Positions 51,171 through 64,000 of a stretch of 64,000 nt of DNA are shown here, one piece after another; position 1 is the stretch's first letter; each line of letters begins with the position of its first letter. A program made the translations under genes and the position numbers. A model generated the notes under the pieces. That model was not told the DNA's origin, made no database searches, and worked only from the letters and a program-made list of their open reading frames with translations. The stretch comes from Hydrolagus colliei (lineage: Eukaryota), in contig CM068756.1 of the NCBI GenBank assembly GCA_035084275.1, positions 6,076,001 through 6,140,000 of the forward strand, given 5' to 3'.

Positions 51171-51290
51171 AACAATAATACAGTACTGTACTTGCATTTG
51201 ATATAGCGTCCTATGACGTCGTCATGACGCCACAAAGCACTTCACAGAATATAGTGCATAGTGGATCGACTGTGTGTTTTGTGGGCAAAT
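51171..51290 (-). mobile_element. SINE 3' fragment
   Basis: CTTGCATTTGATATAGCG...CAAAGCACTTCACAGAATATAG...GACTGTGTGTTTTGTGGGCAAAT. Confidence 0.8.
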
Positions 51291-51627
51291 CTGATATTTG
51301 CTAGCAGGGCTCAGACTGGGAACGGGCTTTATGCATTGCAGCCGATGCATATCAGTGACCAACGCAGGGGCACCACTGCTTTCGACGGCCTTCCTATGAA
51401 CGCACTGGTGCACGTTTGACCATTTTAAATGCGTTTCTGGTATTGAGTCAGTGCTCAAGTGAACACACCACCATTCAAAAGTGCAATTTTTACTGTAAAG
51501 TTGCCATGTTTATTGTGTATGTATTGTGCCATGTGTATATAAATATTGTGCAATGCTACTGAACATAAGTCCCATTTGCCCTACTGTAGAAAAGCTTCCA
51601 TTCCTAGATGTGTTCATGTTGCTGATA

Positions 51628-51934
51628 CAGTAAAACCTGGATAATCCGGCATGGTTGGGCCCACTCACTTCCTGGATTTTGGAGTTTGCCGGTATTTAGA
51701 AACCTACCTAGAAATGGCTGGGGAAGCCCTGCCCCGTAACATAGCACTGAAGCAAAAAAACAAAGCTCGAGCTCGACCCACAGGCCAGCCATACTGGGAA
51801 CTGCAAGCAGCTGTTCCGAACTTTGGGAGATTTGCCGGACATTGGAAAAAATCTAGTACTGTTTGTATTTTGAAATCTTGCCGGTTTTGGGGAATTGCCG
51901 AATTTCGGAATGTCGGATTAACATGGTTTTACTG
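51628..51934. mobile_element. Non-autonomous Tc1/mariner (Tigger/pogo-like) MITE
   Basis: 25-bp imperfect TIRs: CAGTAAAACCTGGATAATCCGGCAT (51628-51652) and the reverse complement of 51910-51934, CAGTAAAACCATGTTAATCCGACAT. TA on the left flank, CA on the right; internal TTGCCG(G) repeats. Confidence 0.8.
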
Positions 51935-53287
51935 CAGAGAAGCAAAGGCCAAACTGGCTGGAGGTGATGGCCTTTTTACCAAATAGTCCCACTTGGATTT
52001 ACATTTGCAGCTTTCCACCAATTTGGGAGGTGCGACTAGCACAAGGAGTAAAGTACGTGCACATCATGTAACTCAGAGATCTGGAAAAAAAAAGTACACA
52101 CTACCCTAAAGCAACACGTTATATAATACAATTGAACCTGCATACTATTTTAAAAAAATTCTTAAATAGAGTTCTATTTCTTATTGTAAACCATCAGTGT
52201 GAAAAAAGGACCCAGACTTCATTGAAGACTGTGCATCAATCGACAAACAGATTAGTCTCCACATGAGTATGTGGCTGTAAGTCTGCTCAAACATATGAGC
52301 AGTGTCGTCAGGGAAAATCTGCCTGAAGGTCTGTTTGTGTGAGTGAATGAAAATGTGTGCGAATGTGCACAATCACCTTATTTACTCAGCGTGTAGTGCA
52401 GAGGGTTATTTTGTTTTACTTCTGCATATGTATGAGATTCAACTTTTTTGGGGGTTGTCTGCAGTCTGTCTTTTGTAGAAACCTATTACCATACTCGAGT
52501 ATCCAAACTAGACAGAGTTTCACACATTTAACACATACTATGTTTAGAAATTTATAATTTGTCTGGAATAGAGGGTACTAGAGGGACACACCTTGCTTAC
52601 CTAATTCCAGAAAGTGCATGTTGGTGGCCAGCACAAGTGTTTTAGTCATTCAATGTGATGAATATAGATAATATAGGTAATTAAATGTCCTTCAATGGAA
52701 TAGGTTGTAAGGAAGGTGGGTTGTGAGATATAATACATGTTTTGAGTGTCATCACACACTCTGAACTGCATGTAACATCATTCTTGCTGGTTGTACAGTG
52801 ATTTTCAGGAACTAGGATTGGAGAGAATACTGCATTATCGTGAACCCTTAAGATTAGAATATTTAAGACTACTTTTCATGTGTTTTGAAGATCAGTTGGT
52901 ATACACTGTATATTCAGTGTTTTATCAATTCATTGGTTTAATCCAAATCTGTGCAAATCAAATAGTTCTTCAAAACCATTTACATGTGCAAGAATTTTTG
53001 TAGATTGATAATGTTTCACATATTGTTTTTGTAATTTGTGAGTGAACTGTTAATTTCAAGCAATAAATATAAAAGTGTCTACCTCCCTCTGCCATCCCCT
53101 TTGGATTTATGTACCTTCCTGTTGCTTATTTGCTCTACATCTCTGTTCCCTTTTTTTGTCTTTTCATTAGCACACTGCTTTCCCAACTGATAGATAAAAC
53201 AGCTCCACGCATGTAACCTAATTTTCATTCACTGTTGCCCTTGTCTGCGAAGTCATACAAAAAGTGACCTTTGAATCACCACTGGGC

Positions 53288-53427
53288 NNNNNNNNNNNNN
53301 NNNNNNNNNNNNNNNNNNNNNNNNNNNNNNNNNNNNNNNNNNNNNNNNNNNNNNNNNNNNNNNNNNNNNNNNNNNNNNNNNNNNNNNNNNNNNNNNNNNN
53401 NNNNNNNNNNNNNNNNNNNNNNNNNNN
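53288..53427. other. Assembly gap (140 N)
   Basis: Run of N. Confidence 1.
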
Positions 53428-54971
53428 AGTTTCCTGTGGTGGGGATGAGAAATACTTTCTCATGCTTTGGAAGTAATATGAATCACTCTTTTAAAACAGA
53501 TATAGTTACATACTAGTTTTGAAAGGTACAGTAACTGTTGAGCCTTTACAGTGTAAAACACTGAGGCTTTTGTGCTTATAAATCTAATAATTGCCTCTTG
53601 AACCATTGCACCTCAGTCACACTGTTCTATTTACTTATGAATAAATCAACTTTTTTTTAAATAAGATTGTTGTTTGAAAGTTCAGAGGTTAACTTGTATC
53701 ATAATTGCTGGATTCTAACTGCTCACAACATTACATATCACTACTGCGATGATGGGGGCTTGGCTATTGTCCTTTGTTCCCAATAACTGCTGAATATCAA
53801 TGAAAGTTTTTTTTAATGAATTGCAAGTTGGCAAGATGGTGAATACTGTATTAACTACTGGTGGTTTAAACAGAACACTTAACCGACTGATATAAGTAAG
53901 CATGTCACCCATTCCCAGTGCATGCCATTCCCATCTCAGTGCATCCTATCCCCATATACTGCATGCTGTGTCATGCATTAATGCTATCCTACCCCCTTGC
54001 ACTGCAACAATGGTTAAGATGACAAAGCCAATTTGTTTGTTATATGGGGCAAGCATGAGTTATTCTGGTTTCTTCCATCTATCACTCCCTAGATATATGG
54101 AGCTATTGTGGTTTCATATCTGTTTTGATGCACAAATGTGAATGGTCGGATGGAGTATTTGATATATATTCTGACAATATGAACACCCAGTCATTTGGGT
54201 TAAGTCTCCATGTATACTATTAATGCTGTGTTCAGAAGTCAATACATATAGCCATTGGGGTGTGTAGTGTCAGGTTGTTAGCACAAAACCACTAATTATC
54301 CATCATTCATTGTCAAATATTTTTAATACATTATTTAGTTTATGACTACATATACCAATTTTCAAACATTTTCAGTTTTAAAGATCGAGTTTGGGACTTT
54401 TACCCTATTGACACGTCACACACATTTGTTCTTTAAAGCCATATTCTCTCTGTAAATGAAAAACAAAAACAAAACAAAAATAATCCGCTTCATCATTCTG
54501 AACACACTGACACATGGTTAGCAATCCTATCTGAGAATGGTCCTTTTGCAAACTAAAAGTAAAGTTATCAGGAAAACACTACTGCTTCCTAAAGTTCCAG
54601 GCACATTGCTTCCCAGTTTGATCCTCTGTGGCACTAGGAAGATGGACACTCAGCCAGGGGAATGGGTGATAGTGTGTCTCTTCAGCCACTCCATAAGGAA
54701 TTTGATGTCTGCTGATCACACAGGATTTATAACAAATGTAGAATGCAACCCAAAAAAGTACAAAATGCCAATACCAATAAATTACAAAAATATAGGGTAA
54801 AAAGAAGTATAAATGACAAGAATAGAACAAAAGAAAAAAAAATATGGCTTTAATTTCATACAGATTAATTTTATTGTGTAGGAAGCTCTGATTTGATGGC
54901 AAGATGGCCATTTACTTCTTTACGGTACTCACGATTGCGCCAATTTCTCAGTTAACCCATTCAGACAAACG

Positions 54972-54999
54972 TACATACATACATACATACATACATACA
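54972..54999 (+). repeat. (TACA)7 microsatellite
   Basis: TACATACATACATACATACATACATACA. Confidence 0.95.
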
Positions 55000-57279
55000 G
55001 TAACTGGTTTCAAGATTTAAAATTCCACAAAGCAGCTGCTGGTTTAGTGTGTAATAGCAGGCACCTGAAAACTATTTTGTACAGTAGTAAAGTGTGACAT
55101 GGCATGAACTGCTAATTCCAAATCAATGGGTCTCACCATACGCAGGACGGGAGAGGCAGTATACCTGGCAGTGTTGAGTGCAGGCACATGATCGGGATGA
55201 AAAACACTGCAGCAAAACAAAAAGGCCACTTGGGCTGGAATATTCAGCACTTCCTGGCTGGTGTCACAGGCCATCATCATGTTCTTTGAAACAAATTATT
55301 GTGGTTCAGTGTTTTTTACTTGAGCAAAATACTGGGTTAATTCTCTCCCACCCACCCTCCATCGCAAGGTGGTCTTGCGATTCAGAGATTTAGCACAGGT
55401 CCTGCTATTCGAGGTTTGTGATGGCAGGTATTCTGCTGTAATGCTATCACCAGCAACTGCATTCTGTCATTTTAAATTCACAAAAAAAAACACATTGTGC
55501 CTAGTCTCTCAAGTCAAACTACAGTGCATAAGGAGCTCACACCAGCACTGCACCAGTTATGCACCTGTTTATATCTAAGCAGCACTTAAAAAACATGTAC
55601 CACGTCATTGAATTAGTGAAGCATTAATGCACTGCACTATATACAGTAGTAGACAACTTTTAATACACAGGTGTGAGCGTACAATGTGATAATAAAACGT
55701 ATGCTGTCCCATACTTGGTCTTTTACAGACTTTAATCTAGTGCTTGGGTAGTCCTTCAGTCTCTAAAGTGTCTGCACTCACAGTTTGTAAAGTTATTGTA
55801 TATTTTGGCAACTTCTCATGGCCTGCTTTAGATTTCGAGCTCTGTGGCTCACTTGGACTACACATATTTCAAAAGTGGAAGTGCTTTCTTTTTTTAAAAA
55901 AAAACAGGCTTACTGATATGAGAAATGATTCTTGCTTCACTTCTGTACTCATTACTTAGTGAATGCAGCTAATGACTTACAAATGTTGATGTTTATATGG
56001 GTCTGTTTCCTACCGAGCCACATAATTTATCTCGGAGTGCTATGCTTGCCCAAGGTTTGTCAGTATGGATTCATGGGTCCTGAGCAGAGGCTTAGCAAAG
56101 GGTTTAGCAGAAAGCCCTTTAACCTTGAACAAAAAAAAATTGCATTAGTTTGGAAACCAACTAGCTTTTTCTCCAGTAACCCAGTGGGACAGATTGCTCC
56201 TATGTCAGTGCAATTTTCAAATTGGCAGTCAAATCGTTCGGAACTCAGATCAAAGTGGCCTCACATAAAGCAACAGGGCATATAAGAGCACTTAAAATAG
56301 ATCCCACTATAATAACACTGATTCAGAAAGTTACATTTAGAAACCATATTTGTGGTGCAAATGGAAGACTCGTCACTTAAGATAGTGCACATGGAATTAA
56401 ACTCAACAGAAAAGGAAATAACTGATTATTAAAACCTAGAATATGTACCGTGTTTGATATGTGGATATTGAATATCCTAATAGGAGCTGCCTTTCCCTCT
56501 AATCAGAGATTACTGAAGAGCACTAACACACCTTCTGATCATATCCTAATTATACCATATTCCAATGAGATATTGTCTTTGTTTCAACCAGTGGGAAGGG
56601 AGAAGGAAAAGGAGATGTTTGGTTTCTTAACATGTGGGTGATAGTCATCTAAGGTATTAAGGGCTGCAGAGAGGTTTACAAACATCTCATCCAGTTTAGT
56701 AGCACTGTTTATCTGGTTTTACGTCTTCAGAGACAGACCCTGTCTATTTCCAGAGGTCAGATGCTCAAGTCCCTAGGTAAATCTGAACACTCAGTTTTCT
56801 GTAATACTCTGTGTCGCAATTTGGACCCGTCACTTTTTCATCACTTCAGTACATCAGAAACATCTAGTCAACAACCAGCATGTGCCCAAATACTAAGGCA
56901 AAACTCTTTAAAATAACCACACTATTAAAACTTGACATGATTCCCATTTTTTAAGTGCTCACATTATACCGCAATATCTAGAAATATCCAGTTTGTTTCT
57001 GTAATGTGCTATAGAAAATAGGAGACATTTACTCAGGTTGAATTTGTACCCCAGTTATACATCAATACAGAGGTCAAACTTGCCCTGAATCAACCACAAA
57101 TCAACTTATAATGTGAAATATATTCAATAGAGTTGAATACATTGAAATGGACTTGGAGTAAAGTTAGCCAATCCTAGATTGTCCAGAAGGAGGTGGGTTC
57201 TCCTTGGCACCAAGGTGGCATGCTTGGCTTCAGAATGTCAGAACCGAGACAACCTTCCATGGCAGTCTTGGTTGACCAG

Positions 57280-57470
57280 TTTCTGAGCCAGGGGGATCCA
57301 CAGTACAGTACTCCAGGGGACTGCTGATGACGGACCAGTAGGCTGTCTCTTTGGTAGGACCAGTTACTGGTGACAGAATTATTCCTACTCAGCTCCCGTT
57401 AACTCTGCAAACCAAATCCAACAAGGAGTAGGGTGGTCTTAGCAGGACAAGTAGTGGGAAGCTTGCCAGA
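57280..57470 (-). repeat. Unclassified old dispersed repeat, copy B
   Basis: The reverse complement aligns with 28672-28860. Confidence 0.7.
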
Positions 57471-57505
57471 CCTGGGCTAGGTGAGCAGAAGTGGGCTATG
57501 TTTAT

Positions 57506-57742
57506 ACAAAACGCAAAATACTGCAAAATGCTGCAAGTCTGAAACAAAAACAGAAGTTGCTGGGAACATTCAGCGGGTCAGGCAGTATCTATGGAGAGAG
57601 GACAAGTGAGTCACTGTTTTGGGTCCAAACCCTTCATCACCATTTGCTTGAATAAAACCAGTTTTGGCAAAGGGTCGTGTGCACAAAATTAATTGACTCA
57701 CTTTCCTTTCTCCATAGATGCTGCCTGACCTGCTGAGTGTTC
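57506..57742. mobile_element. Palindromic Penelope-type non-autonomous element with degenerate hammerhead cores and 14-bp TSD
   Basis: Inverted arms at 57564-57613 and 57694-57742; direct repeat TGGGCTATGTTTAT at 57492-57505 and 57743-57756; minus-strand TGATGAAGGGTTTGGACCCAAAAC resembles CUGANGA-stem II-GAAA. Confidence 0.75.
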
Positions 57743-60269
57743 TGGGCTATGTTTATGTCTAGCTGACCTTAATAGATGTTACACTTATCCAGTCCACCAT
57801 TGGAGCGCTTAAAATTTGAGAGTAACAAGCTGAAATGGTAGTCTCAATAAATTTTAAGATTCAAATGTTACATTCAAGTGTTACATTTGTGAAAGCAATT
57901 CAGAAGAATATATGTTAAATCTAACATATGCTGGCCCAACGGAGATGCACCTGAAAACTGAGCTCTTTTTATTTCATGCAGTAGCAGCAGAAAAAGAGTA
58001 TGTGGAAGGAAGTGCATTCATGTACTCAGAAGAGAGAAATTGTAGCTACTTTCCAGTAAAGTTAAATAGATATACCCCCCCTCTCCATTCACCGTATGAT
58101 TAGAGGAATCAGAGTTTCATCTTCTTTTGGCAAAAAAACAAATAATCACAAAGGAGAATTTAACCTTGTTGGAGGGAAATAGATCTACTACAATGATGGG
58201 AATACAGAACAACCACTCTTTAAAACATTCTTCAATGAGTCCAAACACAAGGCTTGTATCTGCACGGTTTCTCTATTAGTGAGGGAATAAAAAAAAACTT
58301 CTATTATAGGTGGTGCTATTAAAGAATGCATTATGGTTTGGGGCTACCAGCTGTACCCATTAATAAAAATGCAATTTCAGGCTTGTTCTTACGTACTGAA
58401 CTATTCTTCAATAATAATTTAGTTTTACAGAACATCACTTGCTTGAATAAAATCTGCGTTTGTGTTGTACACTTCAAAGAATTGATACTCAGAATGTTAA
58501 ATCCTGTTGAATGTTTTATAGCCAGAAATGGCTTCGATGCTGGCTGGCTATTATAACAAAAAGCGAACTAATTTTAAAGTAAAACAAGATATCGATGCAT
58601 ATGTCATTATCTGGCTAATGTCATGTTGGTAGCTTTATTAGTTTTAACATATTGCTGAGCTTCACTTAGTACCAACATCACAAAATTAAGTTTCCATCTA
58701 CATTGGGTGATGCTTGATTCTCCTTTCTTGGCTAAACACTTGAAATCCAAATTGTTCACTGGGATATTGCCACTGCATTAAACTTCCAGGTTATACTAAA
58801 ATGGCAGAAGTATACATTGAGCAGAGAACTAAGCGGGAAGACATCCTGGTTCTTATTACGGTATTGGAATTTGGCTCAATTCTAAGACTAAGCTGTAATG
58901 TGGCACTTTTGATGGCTGATGAAGAGTACTTCAGATAGAAGAGTAAGATGGCTGGGTTCTACCTATCTCCTCATGTGTAAAGATTATTTATCGGGTGTTT
59001 CATCACTTCCATTTTCTTTTGCTGGCACTGAATGAATGCATGTATAATATTCCATCCAATAATAGCTGGATCAGGAATATGTCCCATAAGAGAGAATTTC
59101 TTCATATCCCACAACTATTGCAAATGTCAAGCAGCCCTGAACTCTTCATGCTTCTTTGGGTCATTATTATAAATAAATTGTTTTGGTTTCTATTGATGCT
59201 GAGCTGCAGCAAGCTGGTTACATTACTTCCTCTGACCGCATTTGTCACTTTAGCGGCCTGACATTGCACCATAACATGGAAAGGAACTCATAAAGTCCGG
59301 ACATCTGTGAATTGGTTCTGACTCTTCCAGACTCCATACATTTTAAATTATCCTAATAACCTTAAACGACTTGTCCAATGATGAGTGTACATGGTCCACA
59401 TTTTACCAGCAAAAGGGATTTATTTACCGACTTCTATGTCAATGAACAAAAACCACTCCAGATTTCAGAATAGAAATACAGGCACTTGGGCACTGTTACA
59501 TTTCAGCGCATCTATTCTAAAAAAGATGGTGGTATCTAAAGTACTTGTTAAATATCAGTGACTTAGACTGCATTATAACAATGCAGAAATAATTTTAAGA
59601 CCATCTAAATCAATATATACAATGTTAATACTTAGTAGACATTGCAACAATACAATACAATGGGTTTTTGCAATCAACTTGCAAAGAATAAGTGCTTCCA
59701 AAGTTTGGAAAATCCACCTCACTAATCCCCTAAAGTTGTTAGTCAATTCTTTAGTAATTGTGTTTTAATTAAAAATAGATCCCTGTGTGTCATAAAAAGT
59801 GAACCCGGATTTATTCAGAACTGATGCATCCCAGGGTTTCAGTTGGAAAATCTGGAGTCTTCCCAATTTTGGATCTCGGAAAACAACCAAATTTGTTTTG
59901 ACGGTATAAATGGAGCTCAGGTAAGCCAATTGTCTCTTAGGATTCCCAATTCTCTTTCTCTCCCACCCCCTCGCCCCCCATACCTATTTTTGCCATTTTA
60001 TAGATTTTGTTCCAGGTTTTCTCAATTAGAAATTATTACAACCAAGGAATCAAAGCCTTCCTCGATGCTGCCCATTGAATCCAAAAAATGTTAATTCTAA
60101 GTTATGCCACACTTTTTTAATGTGGCTTGTTCATCCACAGATTGAAAATTATCATAATAAAATAAAGCTTTAGAGCATGTTTAGTGCATGCATATATTGT
60201 ATAAAAAAATCACATTCAGTTCAACGTTTGAACAAAAAGATTATCGGTTGCTCTAAGTATTGTTACATA

Positions 60270-60428
60270 GAGGGCAATCAATGACTGAAACAGGTTGCCT
60301 GGAAAGGTGGTAGAGGCCAATAAACTAATTTTAAAAATAGCTTGAGTGATGGGGTGGTGTTCTGGAAGGATGAGATCAGATGGACCAAAGGGCCTTTTTC
60401 ATCCAGACCAATCTTGTAACCTTGTGAA
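60270..60428 (+). mobile_element. CR1-type LINE 3' end
   Basis: AATCAATGACTGAAACAGGTTGCCTGGAAAGGTGGTAGAGGC (W-N-R-L-P-like) and a GATGGACCAAAGGGCCTTTTTCATCC terminus; homologous to 7385-7550. Confidence 0.7.
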
Positions 60429-61607
60429 TCAGATCAGGATAACACCATTTGTCCCAATGAACTTCCTGTTCCTTTTTATTAGTTCATGATAACCCAGGTT
60501 CCCAATTAATTGATTGTCTAAATTGAAAAAGGCTCATTCAAAACCTTTTAAATAACTTGAAGGAAAGTTCCCTTTTCCAATGGAAAGTGCAACTATCTCA
60601 CTGACTACTGCAACAACACATCCTTGTTCTGATTCTGAAGAGCAATCCAGCCATTTCTAGGCCTAACAAAACTTGAAAGGCACTTTACCACAACAAATAG
60701 CTGACACTATATGAACTGTGAGACTTACATAGTTAACAAAGTGCCTTGCTTCAGAATACAAATTTGTTCTAAGCAACAAGTAAATAGAAATGAACAGAAG
60801 ACCCTGGTAAAGCGTTTCGTGGAAAATACTGCATCCTTCTCAACTTACAGAAAATACCTATACTCACTGCTTTTACTTCTTCATTCCCATAGAGCAAAAA
60901 CTTTTTTTCTGAGGCCCTTATTACTACCCATGAAGAAACACAAATTCCCCAATAGTCCACTTCTCTGTTACTAGAAACCGTGACTAAAATTGGAGCACTG
61001 AACTGCTTAAGACTCAGCACTGAAGACTTGGTTGAACAGTGCAAAAAAAAATTATTGGTTCAAGCATTAGATGAAACTGTGCCCAACAAAGACAGTAAGG
61101 GATCCCAAACAGACCTGAGACAAGCTGCAGCAGCCGTAGTTTTAAACATAAAGTTAATTGGTACAATTAAGAATAGTACGATATTGCAGTATTCTCCAAT
61201 CCCCGTTAAACATATTCAATTGAGCTTTTTATTTAAATCCAGTTGTGATTTTGATGGGGAATGCATTGCAGGCAGCCTGTATTAATGTATCCAATGTTCC
61301 CCTTGTTTGTACATTTTAATTGTTATTCTATTATGTTTGAGTTTGTTTCCTAAATTTATGCACTATTATACATATGCACTTTGTGTATTTTGGCCAAGAC
61401 TCAGTTTGATCATGTGGTTGGATAATAAATTCCAGACAAGGGCAAGTTTCACTTCAAATTCTGGCAATATGAAAATGATTAAATCAGGAGTAATAAGTGA
61501 TTGCATGATTTTAAAATTATAACAGACTTTTAATATTATTCCTCACTGTTTTGAAGAATTGTCCCCTCTCCCTTCCCACACCTGCAGATCAGACATCCAG
61601 TAAGCTG

Positions 61608-61658
61608 CATGAAGCGCTCTGAGACATCATCTCAATGTGAAAGGCACTATGTAAATAT
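61608..61658 (+). mobile_element. L2/SINE tail remnant
   Basis: TGAAGCGCTCTGAGACATC...TGTGAAAGGCACTATGTAAAT. Confidence 0.6.
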
Positions 61659-61920
61659 TTTGCTCACAACTTTTCCCAAAGATCCAACGGACTTGGGTAA
61701 CAATCAAGGCTAATGCCTATACACGAGGGCTTGGAAAGATTGTGTAATAATAAAACTGAGTGCTGTGGTAGATTATAGTCCCCTGACATTTTGGGACAAT
61801 TATTTTAATGCTGCATTTCTTACCTGTACATGACCTCACATGGGTCCTAAAGTGGCTGAGCTGGTTAAACACTTTACCCATTCCTTGCATGGAAACCAGT
61901 GTGTTTGCTTTGTGTCAAAT

Positions 61921-62059
61921 CCCCCTCTTTCTCTCCACTCTCCCCATCCCCGACCCCAGCTCAGGTCTGAAACAATGACTGTCCAGCACCTTGGGACATC
62001 CTCCTGACATGAAAGGCGCTATACAAGTGTAATTTTGTTGTTGTCGTTGTTGTTGTTGT
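61921..62059 (+). mobile_element. L2 3' end fragment
   Basis: CAGCACCTTGGGACATCCTCCTGACATGAAAGGCGCTATACAAGTGTAATTTT(GTT)n, near-identical to 44978-45046. Confidence 0.88.
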
Positions 62060-63678
62060 CCTCCCCAAACCTAGGCGTGCATATATTGCGAAAACATGTT
62101 CCGTTAACAGCCACAGCAGAAGAAAGAGAGTGAAAGTAAACAAGATCAGACAGAAAACCAAGCACATTTACTGCTGTTTACATTCTCAAAGTAAAAGCCT
62201 CAAAGTAAACTCCCTGTGTTATTCAATTTATGAAGCAGTTTGTTTGGCCCCTGAGCATCAAAGGTCTATTCGACTGCATGACTGCTATGCGAGTGCATAT
62301 TTTGGTGCAACAATCAAACATTGCAGATTAGTCCCTGTGATACAATCTGAGCTGCCTTCATACATTATGATGTTTAATCTCATTTTTAAAACTACACTAG
62401 CAGTAACAGAGCCATCTCTGTACATATGCATCTCTACTCCAGTGCCTTGAATCTGCATGCACTTTGACCTGAAATGACAGTAGCCTCACTGTAGCAAAGT
62501 AGCGCAGTTAAGAAGCACCCAAATCAAATAACGCCTGATTATATTAATGAGTTTCATGTACGAGATCCTTTACATCATCACTTAATCTGCCAGAGTACCC
62601 AATCAAGCAGTAATGGATTTAGGTGCTACAGGCACTGTCCATAATAAAATAATTTATACATAGCAAAAGCAAGAACAAAGTGAGGGCAACTGGATTTTTT
62701 CTGCCCTATAATCAAGATGTCAGAAATAAAGAGCTGAATATTATCAACGAAAGTACAGATACAGTTAAAGTTTGCACAGTGTATGCAGCATTGATTCTAA
62801 TTAGGAGGGAATAATATTTAATGGGAAGAGTTGATACTGAACTGCATAGTCCATCGTCTCTCTATTTGAAAGGTCGAGTAGTGAACATAGTTTTAAAATG
62901 AAATTTGACTATCAGAAACTAGGAAGAATATCACAGGTTCTAAATATTACTTATATTCCTAATGTGTATTCAAACCTTGCAGGATCACAAGAGTGGTCAC
63001 GTGTTAGTGACAAAAAGATTAACTGTCAATGCATTCCACTATCTTTTTTCACCTGGGATTCACGGATGTATCTTAAATAAAAAGCAAATTATCTTGTAAT
63101 TCGCATTACAACCATAGTCTGACACATACTCAAAAAAGGTTAGAATCACCACATGAGCTGTTCTTTGTTGCTAGAATATATATTCCTGAATATACAAGGT
63201 ATTTCTGCCAGATAAGTGAAGCACAAAATTACTGAAGGTTTCCAAAATATCTTTGATGTTTCCCTGACTGGTGTGCATTTTGAATTGGTAAACTACTGTG
63301 TTCCAATGCACTAATTTTAGTTTAAGGACGAAAAAAAAACTTTTTGCTAGTTTAAACCCTTGATATTATTACTCTGGGGACTATACATTGAAAGTGTTTT
63401 GTGTAGTAAGTAGTGGATTATTAAAAAAAAACTGGTGTATGGTAGGTATTTCACAAGATTTTTTGTTAGTATGGACAATGCAAAAAAAAACTACTGCACA
63501 TGAAAATTTGTAAGTGAAGTATTTGTCAATAGTGAAAAGGTAATACATTTATCCACTAATGTAAAATAAAGCTTCTGGTCTATTATTATTTAGTTAATGG
63601 ATCAATCAAATGTTCTAATACAATAGCCACAATGTAGCACGACATTTAAGATTAAAAGCACATCATAAAGGTTTCTTT

Positions 63679-63726
63679 CTGACAAAGGATGGTAGACCCG
63701 AAACGTTGACTCACTTTTCCACTCTC
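63679..63726 (+). mobile_element. Fragment of the Penelope-type element with a hammerhead-like core
   Basis: CTGACAAAGGATGGTAGACCCGAAACGTTGACTCACTTTTCC; the 3' part matches 57694-57706. Confidence 0.55.
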
Positions 63727-64000
63727 AATATATGAGGTAACAGTATAACTAGGCATCTTAAAAAGGGGTCTACTTATTTCTGTAACACTCTTGTATATGT
63801 AACATGAAACTGTACTGCCACAATGGGTTCTATCATATGCAGACTGATTGTTAAAAATATTTTCATTTGCCAGTTCACAATAAAATCTTGATTAAGTAAT
63901 TTGCTTTGACAATAACATACTGTCCACTGACCCCCAAATTCACAAACCAACAAACTCGCACAGTTCAGCAAATATATGTAGCTGTATGCCACCTGGACTC

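Overview
AT-rich vertebrate genomic DNA with two assembly gaps. The repeat content (tRNA-head/L2-tail SINEs, L2 and CR1 LINE 3' ends, Deu-domain SINEs, Penelope-type palindromic elements) suggests a cartilaginous fish, probably a chimaera such as Callorhinchus; this is inference. The only recognisable host coding sequence is a minus-strand terminal exon (13454->13219). It encodes a C2H2 zinc finger and a basic tail that match my recollection of the alternative C-terminal exon of ZNF536. It is followed by a probable ~2.7 kb 3'UTR. The rest of the window to the right is probably a very large intron with repeats and candidate conserved non-coding elements. Main finding: 2.7 kb upstream of that exon lies a TATA box with an initiator-like A 30 nt downstream, then an in-frame stop, an ATG, 25 coding nt and a consensus G|GTAAGT donor in exactly the phase the terminal exon needs. 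Together these predict an internally promoted 86-aa single-zinc-finger microprotein (MWFDEGCCGQRPFQCRYC...). Other points of note are a TSD-flanked palindromic element with degenerate hammerhead ribozyme cores, an inverted pair of SINEs sharing private mutations, an unclassified ancient repeat present twice, a Tigger-like MITE and an L2 nested in a CR1. Almost all ORF-track entries are spurious or repeat-derived. All family names come from recalled consensus sequences, not from database searches.
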